In this document: positions 1 to 9,127 of the stretch, piece after piece
Layout of the letters: each line of letters opens with the position of its first letter
Position numbering within the stretch: position 1 is the stretch's first letter
DNA from: a virus
Lineage: Duplodnaviria > Caudoviricetes
DNA: 62,443 nucleotides
IMG/VR virus record: IMGVR_UViG_3300037424_000925
Coordinates: 1 to 62,443 of that record
Strand: one strand, 5' to 3'
The notes under the pieces: generated by a model
Databases searched by the model: none
The model's input: only the letters and a program-made list of their open reading frames with translations
What the model was told of the DNA's origin: nothing
Translations under genes and position numbers: made by a program

Positions 1-121
1 TATCCTCTACTGCCTTAAATATCCCTGCGGTATCCTCCTGGATTAAATTTGTGATTGACATTGCATCTCCTTTCTGGTATTATCCAATCTTCGGCTCTCA
101 GAAATCCGGATAATGTAGTGG

Positions 122-151
122 AAGGAGGGGTATTTCAGCCCCTCCTTTTTT
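122..151. terminator. Intrinsic-terminator-like hairpin at end of methyltransferase gene
   Basis: AAGGAGGGG-tatttcag-CCCCTCCTT followed by a T run on the + strand. Confidence 0.5.
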
Positions 152-152
152 G

Positions 153-1832
153 TTAAAAGTTAAAAGCCTGCTGCAAAGGCTCACCATCCTTGTACTCACC
201 GGCAGTGCCCTCAAGCAATGGTACCGTAACCGCCTTTCCGAATAACGGGGTCTTCAGATTTTCGTTGTAGGATTTCCTGCCCTCGAATGATTCGACTACC
301 GACTGTTCTTCTTTGGGAAGATCGTCAAACGGTGCGGCACCATAATTACACGGAAGCCAATTTTTTCCGACACACGCGGCCACATTGAATCTTCTCAGGA
401 TGTCTTCGTCGTTGAATGTTAAGTGCATCGTCCCTTTTTTGTAGCAGGTGATAGTGAAATATGTGCTGGTGATTCCGGAACTGTAACCCATCTTAAATGC
501 CATATCAACAGCATTGTAGATGGATTGATAGTGGTTCATCCCGTCAAAGTAGTTCATCACTTTATCGATGTCAGCGATGCTTTCTAAAGAACCGTAATAC
601 AGCTCCCATTTACCACCGCAACCGATAAACGGGCCACGGTCCCACCCCCCGCCATAGACCGGAATGATTACTTTCTTTCCTACCTTCCAGGCCTTGTTGG
701 TTTTCCACCCATTGAAGTAGTGGATGTTCTTTTCGTTTGGATTATCCCCGTCCCAGGAATGGCTCTCCGTGAATCTTTTAAAAACAGATAAGACCCCGGC
801 CATCAGGGTATCCTCGTACCCGTTGATCACGTTCAGGATAAAGGATCGGATATTCGCTTCCGTGAAATCCATATCTGCCCGTAGATTAATGGCATGCTGA
901 AGCTCTTGCTGCTTGGCGTTGGTCAATCTTTTCTCCACATCAGGAAGATCCATGGCCTTTTTCCAAAAATACTTTCTGACATCGATGAGAAGTTTATTCA
1001 TTGTGGACTGCATGATGCCAGTGAGGTCCGATGAGGTTTCCGACCGGTGTTCTTTGACTTCCCTGTTCAAGCCTACGAACCCACCAATCTTCCGATAATT
1101 ACGATAATATCCTATGATGGTTTCCGTGCCTATCCGGATTGTCTCGTTGTATTCAGCGACCATCTCTACCACTTTCTTCTTTGTGGATACCTCATGTTTC
1201 ACGTGGAACTTTACCTCTGGATCATCTGCTTTGTCATTACATCCTGCGAAGAGGTCGTCCTCCACCTTCCTTTCAATCGTGATATTCACAATCGCCACAT
1301 CCACATCCGCCTGTCGTTCTGCATCCTTAAAGGCATTGCAGATGTATTCAATGTCGGCGTGCAGTTCATCCAACTTTTGAACCAGAAGTTTTCTTGTGTT
1401 CGTGTAAGGATTTCTTATGGTCTCTGCATTAAGAAGGAAGATGATCTGCCCACGGTACATAATGTCAATCGCTTTGAGTAAATGCTTATCCCCTTCATGG
1501 AAGGGAGGGTTAGCGATGATCAAATCAAACTTGTCGGCGCCCGCGTAGGCCAGGAAGTCGGAGTCAATGACCTTTATCCCATGACCACGGAGGCATGCCC
1601 TCAAGTCCGGATCGCTTTCGATTGCGGAAACATTTCTGAACCGGCCATTTCCCGAAAACCCATCATAACGGTCCTTGTTGAGTGCATCAATAAGATCACC
1701 CTTGCCGGCCGATGGCTCCAAGACGGAAAGATCGTAGGCAGCATAATTTTCGGGCAGTTTGATTTTCTTTATCATCCTTGCCGCCAGCTTCGGTGGTGTT
1801 GGGTAGAAACTTTTATTGTTGAGTAGGGTCAT
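153..1832 (-). CDS. Class I SAM-dependent (amino) DNA methyltransferase with DUF4942-like C-terminal domain
   Basis: FYPTP, motif I VLEPSAGKGDL, motif IV IIANPPF; C-terminal YFNGWKTNKAWKVGKKVIIP and YKKGTMHLTF resemble DUF4942 proteins. Confidence 0.8.
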   Translation of the reverse strand: MTLLNNKSFYPTPPKLAARMIKKIKLPENYAAYDLSVLEPSAGKGDLIDALNKDRYDGFSGNGRFRNVSAIESDPDLRACLRGHGIKVIDSDFLAYAGADKFDLIIANPPFHEGDKHLLKAIDIMYRGQIIFLLNAETIRNPYTNTRKLLVQKLDELHADIEYICNAFKDAERQADVDVAIVNITIERKVEDDLFAGCNDKADDPEVKFHVKHEVSTKKKVVEMVAEYNETIRIGTETIIGYYRNYRKIGGFVGLNREVKEHRSETSSDLTGIMQSTMNKLLIDVRKYFWKKAMDLPDVEKRLTNAKQQELQHAINLRADMDFTEANIRSFILNVINGYEDTLMAGVLSVFKRFTESHSWDGDNPNEKNIHYFNGWKTNKAWKVGKKVIIPVYGGGWDRGPFIGCGGKWELYYGSLESIADIDKVMNYFDGMNHYQSIYNAVDMAFKMGYSSGITSTYFTITCYKKGTMHLTFNDEDILRRFNVAACVGKNWLPCNYGAAPFDDLPKEEQSVVESFEGRKSYNENLKTPLFGKAVTVPLLEGTAGEYKDGEPLQQAFNF

Positions 1833-1841
1833 TGCTCCTCC

Positions 1842-2267
1842 TTATTCTATATCGATATGCCCCCTGAATACTGCCAAGGGAAAGAAGTCTTCAGGTGGGA
1901 TACCTCCATCGTTTTTCTCAGAGGCGACCTTTCTAACGGCCTCCACAGCTTCCAAATCGTCATGGGCATGTGTCCACCAAAAGAAAGTTTCAGGATTACC
2001 ACGGTCATCCAGTTCAGGGTAGGATAGTAAGACCGTGTAGGGTCTCAACTGGATTTCCTTATCCAAGATTTTCTCTGTCTCCACATTTACATTGCATCCG
2101 CACTCTACACATATGGCGTTTCCAAACCAGGAGGTGTCAATAACGTCCTCATCGCCTTGCTCAACAATGTGAATCCCGTCTTCATCGATAAGGCATAAGC
2201 AGGTAACGGCATCGTAGGCATAGGCCCTGACCGTAAAGTTATGATTGTTACACATTGGGCATTTCAT
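1842..2267 (-). CDS. Hypothetical Zn-ribbon protein
   Basis: CPMC...CVEC pairs; AGGAG RBS before MKCPMC. Confidence 0.6.
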   Translation of the reverse strand: MKCPMCNNHNFTVRAYAYDAVTCLCLIDEDGIHIVEQGDEDVIDTSWFGNAICVECGCNVNVETEKILDKEIQLRPYTVLLSYPELDDRGNPETFFWWTHAHDDLEAVEAVRKVASEKNDGGIPPEDFFPLAVFRGHIDIE

Positions 2268-2287
2268 TTTCAATCTCCTTTGCAATT

Positions 2288-2521
2288 TCAAAACCCGGTT
2301 AAGTTTTTTTCCGAAATTTCTGGATATAAAGCCTCGGCTTTTTTAGGTGTTTTGACAACAAATCTTGTCTCCCCGGTAGTTGTGTTTATCAAAAGTGTCC
2401 CGGATTCCTCTCGCTCAATGATTACCTGTTCAGTTTGGCCATCATGCCGATAGGTAACAAGCTCAGCGGTAAACTGGGTGCAAGCCAAGGTTGCCCACAA
2501 AGCCATCATCAGTGTTTTCAT
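2288..2521 (-). CDS. Hypothetical secreted/small protein
   Basis: Signal-peptide-like N-terminus; packed in leftward operon. Confidence 0.55.
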   Translation of the reverse strand: MKTLMMALWATLACTQFTAELVTYRHDGQTEQVIIEREESGTLLINTTTGETRFVVKTPKKAEALYPEISEKNLTGF

Positions 2522-2532
2522 TGTGTTCCTTC

Positions 2533-2805
2533 TTATTCAGTTAAGAATTTTAGATTTTCAGCTTCATGCTCATAGAAGCTGTCGGCAGACATTAAAACCA
2601 TATCTCTGTGGACCCTAACTTCCTTGTTGTTTGCTTTGTTGTCACCATTCCAAGCGTCAAAATAGATATAGCTGCCCAAGTGACGGTGCAGAATTTGCAA
2701 ACCATTTATCACCGGGTACGGATGAAGATAGCTTTCTATCTCTTTTAGACTTGCGCTCTTGCCCATTCCTTTCCTCCTTTCCAATTTGAGTTTCACCAAC
2801 TCCAA
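2533..2805 (-). CDS. Hypothetical protein (start probably MGKSAS)
   Basis: ORF in operon with GGAGG upstream of internal ATG. Confidence 0.5.
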   Translation of the reverse strand: MELVKLKLERRKGMGKSASLKEIESYLHPYPVINGLQILHRHLGSYIYFDAWNGDNKANNKEVRVHRDMVLMSADSFYEHEAENLKFLTE

Positions 2806-2870
2806 GGCACCTTACCATAAGATGCCCTCGAATTAGTGCCCGGCTTCCTCACGACCGGGTAAATTTTGGA

Positions 2871-3062
2871 TTATTTGAGGTGGGCCAGCTTTTCCAACTC
2901 TGCCAGCCTCTGCTTTTCCCATTCAGTGAGTATCTCATTAAGATGGTGATGACTTAGTAGTTCGATCAATTCACCTATCATTTCCCGATGCCGCAGGAAT
3001 GCTGCTGCATCGGGAAATTTGTCCTCGAATTCTTGCCATGCTTCGTGGCTCACATATCTCAT
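2871..3062 (-). CDS. Hypothetical protein
   Basis: GGAGG RBS, 63 aa, operon packing. Confidence 0.6.
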   Translation of the reverse strand: MRYVSHEAWQEFEDKFPDAAAFLRHREMIGELIELLSHHHLNEILTEWEKQRLAELEKLAHLK

Positions 3063-3072
3063 TGCTTCCTCC

Positions 3073-3168
3073 TTAATTCCCCATCATGGCCATCACAAAC
3101 AACAACCATATGGCGAATGTTACGACGCTCATGATTTTAACTGATTTCGTTTCTTCCGGTTTACCCAT
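3073..3168 (-). CDS. Small membrane peptide (31 aa, MGKPEETKSVKIMSVVTFAIWLLFVMAMMGN)
   Basis: Translated by hand; GAGGT RBS; single hydrophobic helix. Confidence 0.5.
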   Translation of the reverse strand: MGKPEETKSVKIMSVVTFAIWLLFVMAMMGN

Positions 3169-3217
3169 CGGTACCTCTTTCCCTTCCGGATTATGGTTCC
3201 ACGTGAAACCTTGGTCA

Positions 3218-3385
3218 TTAGTCAGTGCGGATTTGGACATCTGCAGAAACCCAAAGCCTGTTCACGATTTCCCATGCCCAATGAAAGGGGGCGCAATTGT
3301 CCTCATTGCATTCCAGCCCTTTGACCATACAGCCCCCATCCATAATCTTCCATGGACAATCTATTTTCATATTTTCAAAATCCAT
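3218..3385 (-). CDS. Small Cys-containing hypothetical protein (55 aa)
   Basis: Translated by hand (MDFENMKIDCPWK...CNEDNCAPFHW); GGAGGT RBS. Confidence 0.55.
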   Translation of the reverse strand: MDFENMKIDCPWKIMDGGCMVKGLECNEDNCAPFHWAWEIVNRLWVSADVQIRTD

Positions 3386-3405
3386 ATTCCTTTACCTCCT
3401 TTCCG

Positions 3406-3702
3406 TCAAAATAGGCTCATCTGTTCTGGCCCATTTCCCGGCGAAGATTTTCGCATTGTTTCCACCGGCAGTTTCCATCGCGGCCTTTCTCTCCCACCCT
3501 CGACACCCATGCAGGTATCACATTCTTGCTCCTTCACGTTATCCGCACAGTCGATGCAATATTTCGTTTCCAGCTGCATGGCCTGTGTTTTCTCCAGGCA
3601 CTGGGCCTGCGTGTAGGTGCATTTTTCAGTGCATACCCACTTGTGCGTCATTGTCCTTTTCACAGGGCATGGCACAAGGATCGTGTCCATTTCTTTCGTC
3701 AT
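3406..3702 (-). CDS. Hypothetical Cys-rich protein
   Basis: CIDC...CDTC; GGAG RBS. Confidence 0.55.
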   Translation of the reverse strand: MTKEMDTILVPCPVKRTMTHKWVCTEKCTYTQAQCLEKTQAMQLETKYCIDCADNVKEQECDTCMGVEGGRERPRWKLPVETMRKSSPGNGPEQMSLF

Positions 3703-3720
3703 ATCCGGTACTCCTTACCC

Positions 3721-4020
3721 TTACGGATTACGGAACTCCATGTTGTTGACCAACTCAAGCGCCGTGTCCGACAACCATTCAGAAGCCACGTCCTGGACTG
3801 TAGTGCCCAGCCCAACAGCCGAAGCGTACAACAACTTCCAGACTATCCTGGGGCAAGCAATAGGTAACAGGATTGTGTCTTCATACGCATGGTCATCGTC
3901 ATCGAATGTGACCTCGAATGCGACTGTCTTGGTTGGTTCCTTTAACCGTTCCAGTGCATCTTCCAGTGTGATTTTTCTGGTACTCACGAACCTTGCTCCA
4001 TCGCTCATGTTTTTACTCAC
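3721..4020 (-). CDS. Hypothetical protein
   Basis: Overlaps stop of upstream gene; GAGGAG RBS. Confidence 0.6.
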   Translation of the reverse strand: MSKNMSDGARFVSTRKITLEDALERLKEPTKTVAFEVTFDDDDHAYEDTILLPIACPRIVWKLLYASAVGLGTTVQDVASEWLSDTALELVNNMEFRNP

Positions 4021-4298
4021 CTCCTCATCAGTATAGCTGCCTTAATTTTCTGGTCTGGCGGCAGGCTTGCGAAGTCATACTCAACGCCATTCTTATACGC
4101 CCTTGCCAAAATGCAGCACCCATCGCCCACAGGGACAAGCCCGGATTCGACGAGGGCGCAACTGGATATTCCGTTATGAAACGAAAGGGCTGGACAGCCC
4201 TTGTGGTCATTCCCATAGACCGCTATCCCGGAAGGGCACATTTCAGCCAGACAACAAAACCCACAGCGGCAACACGGGTTAGGAAATTCCATAGTCAC
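4017..4298 (-). CDS. Cys-cluster (YkgJ-like Zn/Fe-S) small protein
   Basis: PCCRCGFCC...CP...CPAL...CAL pattern. Confidence 0.55.
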   Translation of the reverse strand: MTMEFPNPCCRCGFCCLAEMCPSGIAVYGNDHKGCPALSFHNGISSCALVESGLVPVGDGCCILARAYKNGVEYDFASLPPDQKIKAAILMRR

Positions 4299-4477
4299 AC
4301 CTCCTTCCCGAACACTTGGATATTCGAAAACCCCAAACGGTCCACCGCATCATCCTGAATTTGGTCAATCAGGAAGACAAGACCATTCAGGATAGGGTAT
4401 TTGTCTGCACATTCCAGGAGACAGCGTTTCTGCTCTCGGAGGGTCACAAAGTTTATTGTTCCGATGTCAATTTGCAT
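4295..4477 (-). CDS. Hypothetical protein
   Basis: GGAGG RBS, overlapping neighbours. Confidence 0.55.
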   Translation of the reverse strand: MQIDIGTINFVTLREQKRCLLECADKYPILNGLVFLIDQIQDDAVDRLGFSNIQVFGKEV

Positions 4478-4719
4478 AATTCCTCCTCCATTTCCAGGCT
4501 ATCTTCCAGGTCAATTTCCCTGTAAAAATCGTTATAAAAGTCTTCATCCATGAAATCATCGTATTCATGTTCGTACTCGATGAAAGTGTCCATTTCACTT
4601 TTACAGGAAGCGCAAATTTTTTCCTCACTTGAAATAATTTCCCCGCAAAAACATCTATGGATATGCGTGAGGACTTTTACCCTTTCAATCTTCTTAGGCT
4701 TTATGTATTTCCTACGCAT
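4453..4719 (-). CDS. Hypothetical Zn-finger protein with acidic tail
   Basis: CFCG...CASC then D/E/Y-rich C-terminus. Confidence 0.55.
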   Translation of the reverse strand: MRRKYIKPKKIERVKVLTHIHRCFCGEIISSEEKICASCKSEMDTFIEYEHEYDDFMDEDFYNDFYREIDLEDSLEMEEELCKLTSEQ

Positions 4720-4728
4720 AAGGACCTC

Positions 4729-5652
4729 CTACGCCGCCTTCCGGACCACTCGCTTCGTAGTCCCATCGCTCGACAACCCGGAGATATCCCCGATGTTGTC
4801 AGCCATGCTCTTGAGGCCCGCCGCGAACTGCTGTGAAAAGTCCCAGTTCCCACGGATATCCTTGGCTTCCACGTTTTCCAGCTCAGCTTTCAACTTCTCA
4901 ATCTCCGCCAACACATCCTGCAGGTCGAATATCTGGGCAATGTTCAGGTAATCATCGACCACCCTTTTGGGTTTCTTCAACGTCCCTTCTGTGATCTTCT
5001 GCCCCTGCTCGATCTTCTCGGATATTTCTTTGATGGCCTCCATCATGGCAGCCCGCGCCTGATCCATGATTTGCTCGGAATACTCCTCATAAGTTTCCGA
5101 TAATTGTTGCTGGAACCTGCGTTTCGCCTCTATCAGGTCCACCGGGTCAGCCTCATTGATTTCGGCGCCACGGATTTCGCAAACGTGCCATTTCACCTTG
5201 AACCTGTTCCGGATTTGCTGATCGGTTGGCCATTTGGCATCTGCCAGGATCGGATATTTCTCGATCATTTCCGTTTGAATCGCCGGCAGGTTGTTGATGA
5301 GGTCCTCGACGATTACAGCCTGATTGCTATCGATTTTCTCAAGACCGGTCTGTGCCTGCATAAAGTTCGAGTTCGGGACCAGCCAGGCCCCTCTAATGAA
5401 AAACCTTTTTCCAACGGTTGACATTAAAGATGTAACCTGTGAGCTGGGTTTCAGCATGTTAATCCTCACATCATCGGGGATGACATTCTTTCTACCCAGT
5501 TCGATGATGTCCAAGATATCGTCCGGATCCTTTCCCAGGTCAGACGCTTTCAGCTTGTCCTTGCCTGACCATGACGATACTGACGTGATCCAGATCGTAC
5601 AGTTTTGGTAAAGCTGCTGCTCTACCGTGGTTGTGTGCGTGTTCTCACTCAT
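4729..5652 (-). CDS. DUF3150-like protein
   Basis: WSGKDKL..SDLG, LGRK.VIP, RFFIRGAWLVP, RFKVKW motifs; context with AAA ATPase. Confidence 0.65.
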   Translation of the reverse strand: MSENTHTTTVEQQLYQNCTIWITSVSSWSGKDKLKASDLGKDPDDILDIIELGRKNVIPDDVRINMLKPSSQVTSLMSTVGKRFFIRGAWLVPNSNFMQAQTGLEKIDSNQAVIVEDLINNLPAIQTEMIEKYPILADAKWPTDQQIRNRFKVKWHVCEIRGAEINEADPVDLIEAKRRFQQQLSETYEEYSEQIMDQARAAMMEAIKEISEKIEQGQKITEGTLKKPKRVVDDYLNIAQIFDLQDVLAEIEKLKAELENVEAKDIRGNWDFSQQFAAGLKSMADNIGDISGLSSDGTTKRVVRKAA

Positions 5653-5739
5653 GTTTTTCTCCTCCTCCTATTTTGAATTTCCCGACGGTAATTCGCCAGT
5701 AGAAAGATCAACCACTTAGTTGACCCTTCGATTGAAGAG

Positions 5740-6153
5740 TTACCAATCACCCCCTCCAAAATCATCATTGACATACATCACGAGCTTTTTCGCCCCGGCT
5801 ATTGCAGAAGGAGCGTCCTCCCAGGCATAGTTCTTTGACTCGGCCCAGGCTATGTCCCCTTCCTGCAAATAAAACTGCTTGAAAGCCTCGCCATGCGCTC
5901 CCAACACTCCGGCCAGCCCACCACTATCCCAGAAGTCCGCTTGCACAGTGTAGCCGTTCTCAGTTCGTACAATGCCCAATTCGTAACGACACCCGGGAAT
6001 GTGAATAGCGTAATCGCAGACGCCCTTATCGTTTTTGTACCAGACGAAAGTTTTTTGGTCTAAGAACTCCCATCCTCTCCTCTGACAAAGGGCCTTGATA
6101 GTCTCAATGTCGAACTCAAGCCCTTCGGTTGAAATTGTGCTTATGTGTGACAT
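5740..6153 (-). CDS. DUF1257 (Ycf35-like) protein
   Basis: MSHISTIST...IKALC, YELGIV, ADFWD motifs. Confidence 0.7.
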   Translation of the reverse strand: MSHISTISTEGLEFDIETIKALCQRRGWEFLDQKTFVWYKNDKGVCDYAIHIPGCRYELGIVRTENGYTVQADFWDSGGLAGVLGAHGEAFKQFYLQEGDIAWAESKNYAWEDAPSAIAGAKKLVMYVNDDFGGGDW

Positions 6154-6166
6154 TTTCACTCCTCCT

Positions 6167-6379
6167 TCATCTCACCCATCGTGTTTGATTGCTTTCGTAA
6201 ACCGTGGGTTCGTCAGCGCAAACCGATATCATCTCTCCACAACTTGGGCATTTGATATCAACGCCGTCCACCAAGTCTAAGTAGGTCGCATCTATGCCCA
6301 AATGAAAACCACAGGAGCATTCAACGACTTCCAGCGAAAATTTCTCAGTTTCCACATCACCCACACAGTTTACTGACAT
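6167..6379 (-). CDS. Small Zn-ribbon protein
   Basis: CSCG...CPSCG; GAGGTG RBS before ATG 6379. Confidence 0.6.
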   Translation of the reverse strand: MSVNCVGDVETEKFSLEVVECSCGFHLGIDATYLDLVDGVDIKCPSCGEMISVCADEPTVYESNQTRWVR

Positions 6380-6560
6380 CACAAAGCACCTCCCCCTCGA
6401 AATATGACGGCTTATAATCCATCGTCTTGACTTGTCCGTGCCTTTCTTCGATTTCCCGCGTCGCTTCCTTACAACTGCCTCCCTCGTACCCGAAGGCCTC
6501 GACCCGGGTGCTTCCGTCCGGTAAATATTCAATCTCGATTCTTTTCATTTTGCTCTGCAC
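6357..6560 (-). CDS. DUF2997 family protein
   Basis: RIEIEYLPDGSTRVEAFGYEGGSCKEATREIE motif. Confidence 0.75.
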   Translation of the reverse strand: MQSKMKRIEIEYLPDGSTRVEAFGYEGGSCKEATREIEERHGQVKTMDYKPSYFEGEVLCDVSKLCG

Positions 6561-7023
6561 CCTCCTTCCATTTCTCAGAACTCAAATTTATCATACACTT
6601 CTTGCAGCTCGACTGCCGACCATCCGATGCTCCCTCTTTTTTGTGGTAGTCAGCCAGGGCCACATCATCCCCACACGTGCAGCATACTTTTGAAAGTGTG
6701 CCCACCCTAATTCGCGTGTAGTGCATATCACACAGGCCACTTGAGGTCACTGCCCTGCGGCAATTTAACACCGAACACACCTTGAACGGCATATCCAACC
6801 ATAACCCGGTTATTTCTCGGCCTTGCTCGCACTGCAAGCAATTAACATCCATCGACTCTACTGTGTACAAAGATTTTTGTTTGCGAATGGCTTTTTTCAG
6901 CCTTGCTTTGCATCTCGATTTCAGCATGATGCAGTTGCAACGGTCACAAAGGAAGAAATCTTCCGGGCTAAGCCCCGGATAAGTAGCAACGATCTCTTGT
7001 ACTCTTAAGTTCACTGCCTCCAC
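6529..7023 (-). CDS. Multi-Cys (Zn-binding) hypothetical protein
   Basis: CSVLNC..GLCDMHY and KVCCTC..DG..SSCKKC modules of the kind seen in phage endonuclease accessory domains. Confidence 0.55.
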   Translation of the reverse strand: MEAVNLRVQEIVATYPGLSPEDFFLCDRCNCIMLKSRCKARLKKAIRKQKSLYTVESMDVNCLQCEQGREITGLWLDMPFKVCSVLNCRRAVTSSGLCDMHYTRIRVGTLSKVCCTCGDDVALADYHKKEGASDGRQSSCKKCMINLSSEKWKEGAEQNEKNRD

Positions 7024-7203
7024 CTCCTTTTCTCAGATTGTTTGCTTTATTGCCTTAATCGCTTCAGTCTGCCCACCATCCCTCGATGGTGAGCAGGTGC
7101 AGGGATTAAAGCCAAAGGTATTCCAATTGGCAACGAAGCCCGCTGTTGTTAATGCTCGTCGCTTCCTCTGCTTTTAAATCGTGGACTAATTCGTCAAGCT
7201 CAC

Positions 7204-8730
7204 TCATGCCACCTTCCTCCCTTTCTTGACCTTTCGGCCGCTGTCAGTTATCGACTGCACTTTCCCGCCGGCAGGCTTATCGCTCGCCCAGATACAAACC
7301 CCACGGGCTTTCGTGCGGATCTCTTCCAGCTTCTCAGCATGGGCTTTCCCATAAGGCAGGACGTAATCACTGGCCTCTTCCGCAGAACATCCCATCATAG
7401 ATATGGTTTCTGCCAGCTTCGCAATGTCGGCGCCGCTGTACCCATCAAGAGAGAAATTCTTGGGGATTAAAACGCCCTCTTTTTTCTCCCAAATACCGGC
7501 TATCCCACGGGCCTCCTCAGCACTCGGCAAATCGGTGAAGAAAATACCACCAAACCTTCTCAGCAAAGCTCCACCAGATTCTTGGATAAGCGGCTCAAGG
7601 GCATTACAGGTGCCTATCCAGTAGGCCCCGCATCCCCGACTGTCTTCCATTTCTCGTAATAATTCTTTGAACAAAGACTGACCGACGCCACTGTCTCCAC
7701 CGGATGAAATACCGGAAGCTATCGCCTCGATCTCATCCATGAAGACAACGCATTTTCCCACCGCGCGGATGGTCTTGAAGGCATCTCTCAATCTTCCTTC
7801 TGCAACCCCCTGGTATCTGTCTTTTAAAGCGGAGAATCTCAGGATTAAGCATGGGATTTCCATCTCGTTGGCCACGGCCTTCGCAATATGACTTTTTCCG
7901 CTGCCTGGTATTCCAAAAATCAGGACACCCCTTGCCTTTGGGCTCTTAATGGTACTGAGGATATTCCTCTTCAGTCTTTCCAGACCAAAGATTTCATCCA
8001 ATGTCTCCGTGTAATGCCCAAACTCCAGGACTCCAGTGGCTTTCATCTGCGCCGCCTTCTGCTCCAAAATCGTCTTCACGTCAAAGCATCCCTTCATGAC
8101 CAGAGACAGCGCAAGGGCATTCTCTGCCCCTTCCCACGTCAACCCACGCATGGCATTAACGATCGTGTCCACATTTTCCGGGACTTCCATCTCGTTATCC
8201 TCGGCCATCTTCTCGACTATCCTGAGAAGCGCGGCCTCGTCCGGATACGCATAGTCAACAACTGTCACATCATCGGCCAGTTCAGGCGGGATGATCTTCT
8301 CTGCTGAAATAAAACAGATAGTCTTCGCCTGAAGTTTTAGGTTGGATTTCAAGTTCAGTGCCGCCCGGGTGATCGTGATCTTCTCGAAGTATTTGTGATA
8401 ATCCTTCATGAAGATCATCGCCCCAATCGGACGTGGCGGGTCACAGCTTTCGTCATACTTAATCGGCAATGATCCCGTTGCTTCCAGCGCCATACCAGGG
8501 TCAACGATTTTCCCGTTACCACCCTTCGGCTCGAAACCCGGCACAGAAATAGAACGCCAGGCCCACGCTCCTCCCCCATTCCGGACCATCGCCTGATAAC
8601 CCGCAGCAATGTCCCAGGAATAGAACTGAACATCCTCATCAAACTTCGCGCGATTTTCCCTGATTATCCGGTCTTCTTCAGTGGACTGGATAAAAAGGAA
8701 AGGATACCGCGCATCGTGGTGATGTTGCAT
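7204..8730 (-). CDS. Ycf46-like AAA+ ATPase
   Basis: Walker A GIPGSGKS, Walker B VVFMDEIE, LLRRF Arg finger; degenerate N-terminal AAA (EEDR, MKDYH); GGAGG RBS before ATG 8730. Confidence 0.85.
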   Translation of the reverse strand: MQHHHDARYPFLFIQSTEEDRIIRENRAKFDEDVQFYSWDIAAGYQAMVRNGGGAWAWRSISVPGFEPKGGNGKIVDPGMALEATGSLPIKYDESCDPPRPIGAMIFMKDYHKYFEKITITRAALNLKSNLKLQAKTICFISAEKIIPPELADDVTVVDYAYPDEAALLRIVEKMAEDNEMEVPENVDTIVNAMRGLTWEGAENALALSLVMKGCFDVKTILEQKAAQMKATGVLEFGHYTETLDEIFGLERLKRNILSTIKSPKARGVLIFGIPGSGKSHIAKAVANEMEIPCLILRFSALKDRYQGVAEGRLRDAFKTIRAVGKCVVFMDEIEAIASGISSGGDSGVGQSLFKELLREMEDSRGCGAYWIGTCNALEPLIQESGGALLRRFGGIFFTDLPSAEEARGIAGIWEKKEGVLIPKNFSLDGYSGADIAKLAETISMMGCSAEEASDYVLPYGKAHAEKLEEIRTKARGVCIWASDKPAGGKVQSITDSGRKVKKGRKVA

Positions 8731-8830
8731 CTCATTTACCTCCTTTCTCGGTTTATGTTTACTTTCTGACACATCCATGAAGGCCCCGGCGTTTCCGGTA
8801 CCGGGACCTTGAGCATGGGTCAGGATATCA

Positions 8831-9001
8831 TTATGCCTTTTTGTAGACGTTCAGGCCAATCGTGACACCGCTTTCCTGCACATTGCCTTCCGTACTTGCA
8901 ATTATAATGGTTTTGCCCGACTTACTCGGCCCAAAAGTCTTGCTCGTGTCCACCGTGATTACCAACTTTTTCCCGTCCATCTTCATCTCTACGTTCTTCA
9001 T
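8831..9001 (-). CDS. Small beta-rich conserved protein (56 aa, MKNVEMKMDGKKLVITVD...GPSKSGKTIIIASTEGN...GLNVYKKA)
   Basis: Translated by hand, not in ORF track; AGGAG RBS. Confidence 0.7.
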   Translation of the reverse strand: MKNVEMKMDGKKLVITVDTSKTFGPSKSGKTIIIASTEGNVQESGVTIGLNVYKKA

Positions 9002-9075
9002 TTTCCCTCTCCTTTCCTCGTACTTACGTTGGCGTTTCCCCTGTTAAGGAACCATGAGTGTTCCAGACAGGCACT

Positions 9076-9105
9076 AAACTAACAAATAACAAAAATTCTT
9101 GTCAA
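9076..9105 (-). promoter_or_regulatory. Sigma70-like leftward promoter
   Basis: Minus strand TTGACA-N18-TAGTTT upstream of the 56-aa gene and AAA module. Confidence 0.5.
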
Positions 9106-9127
9106 TAAAAAAGTTACTATCTTTTCT

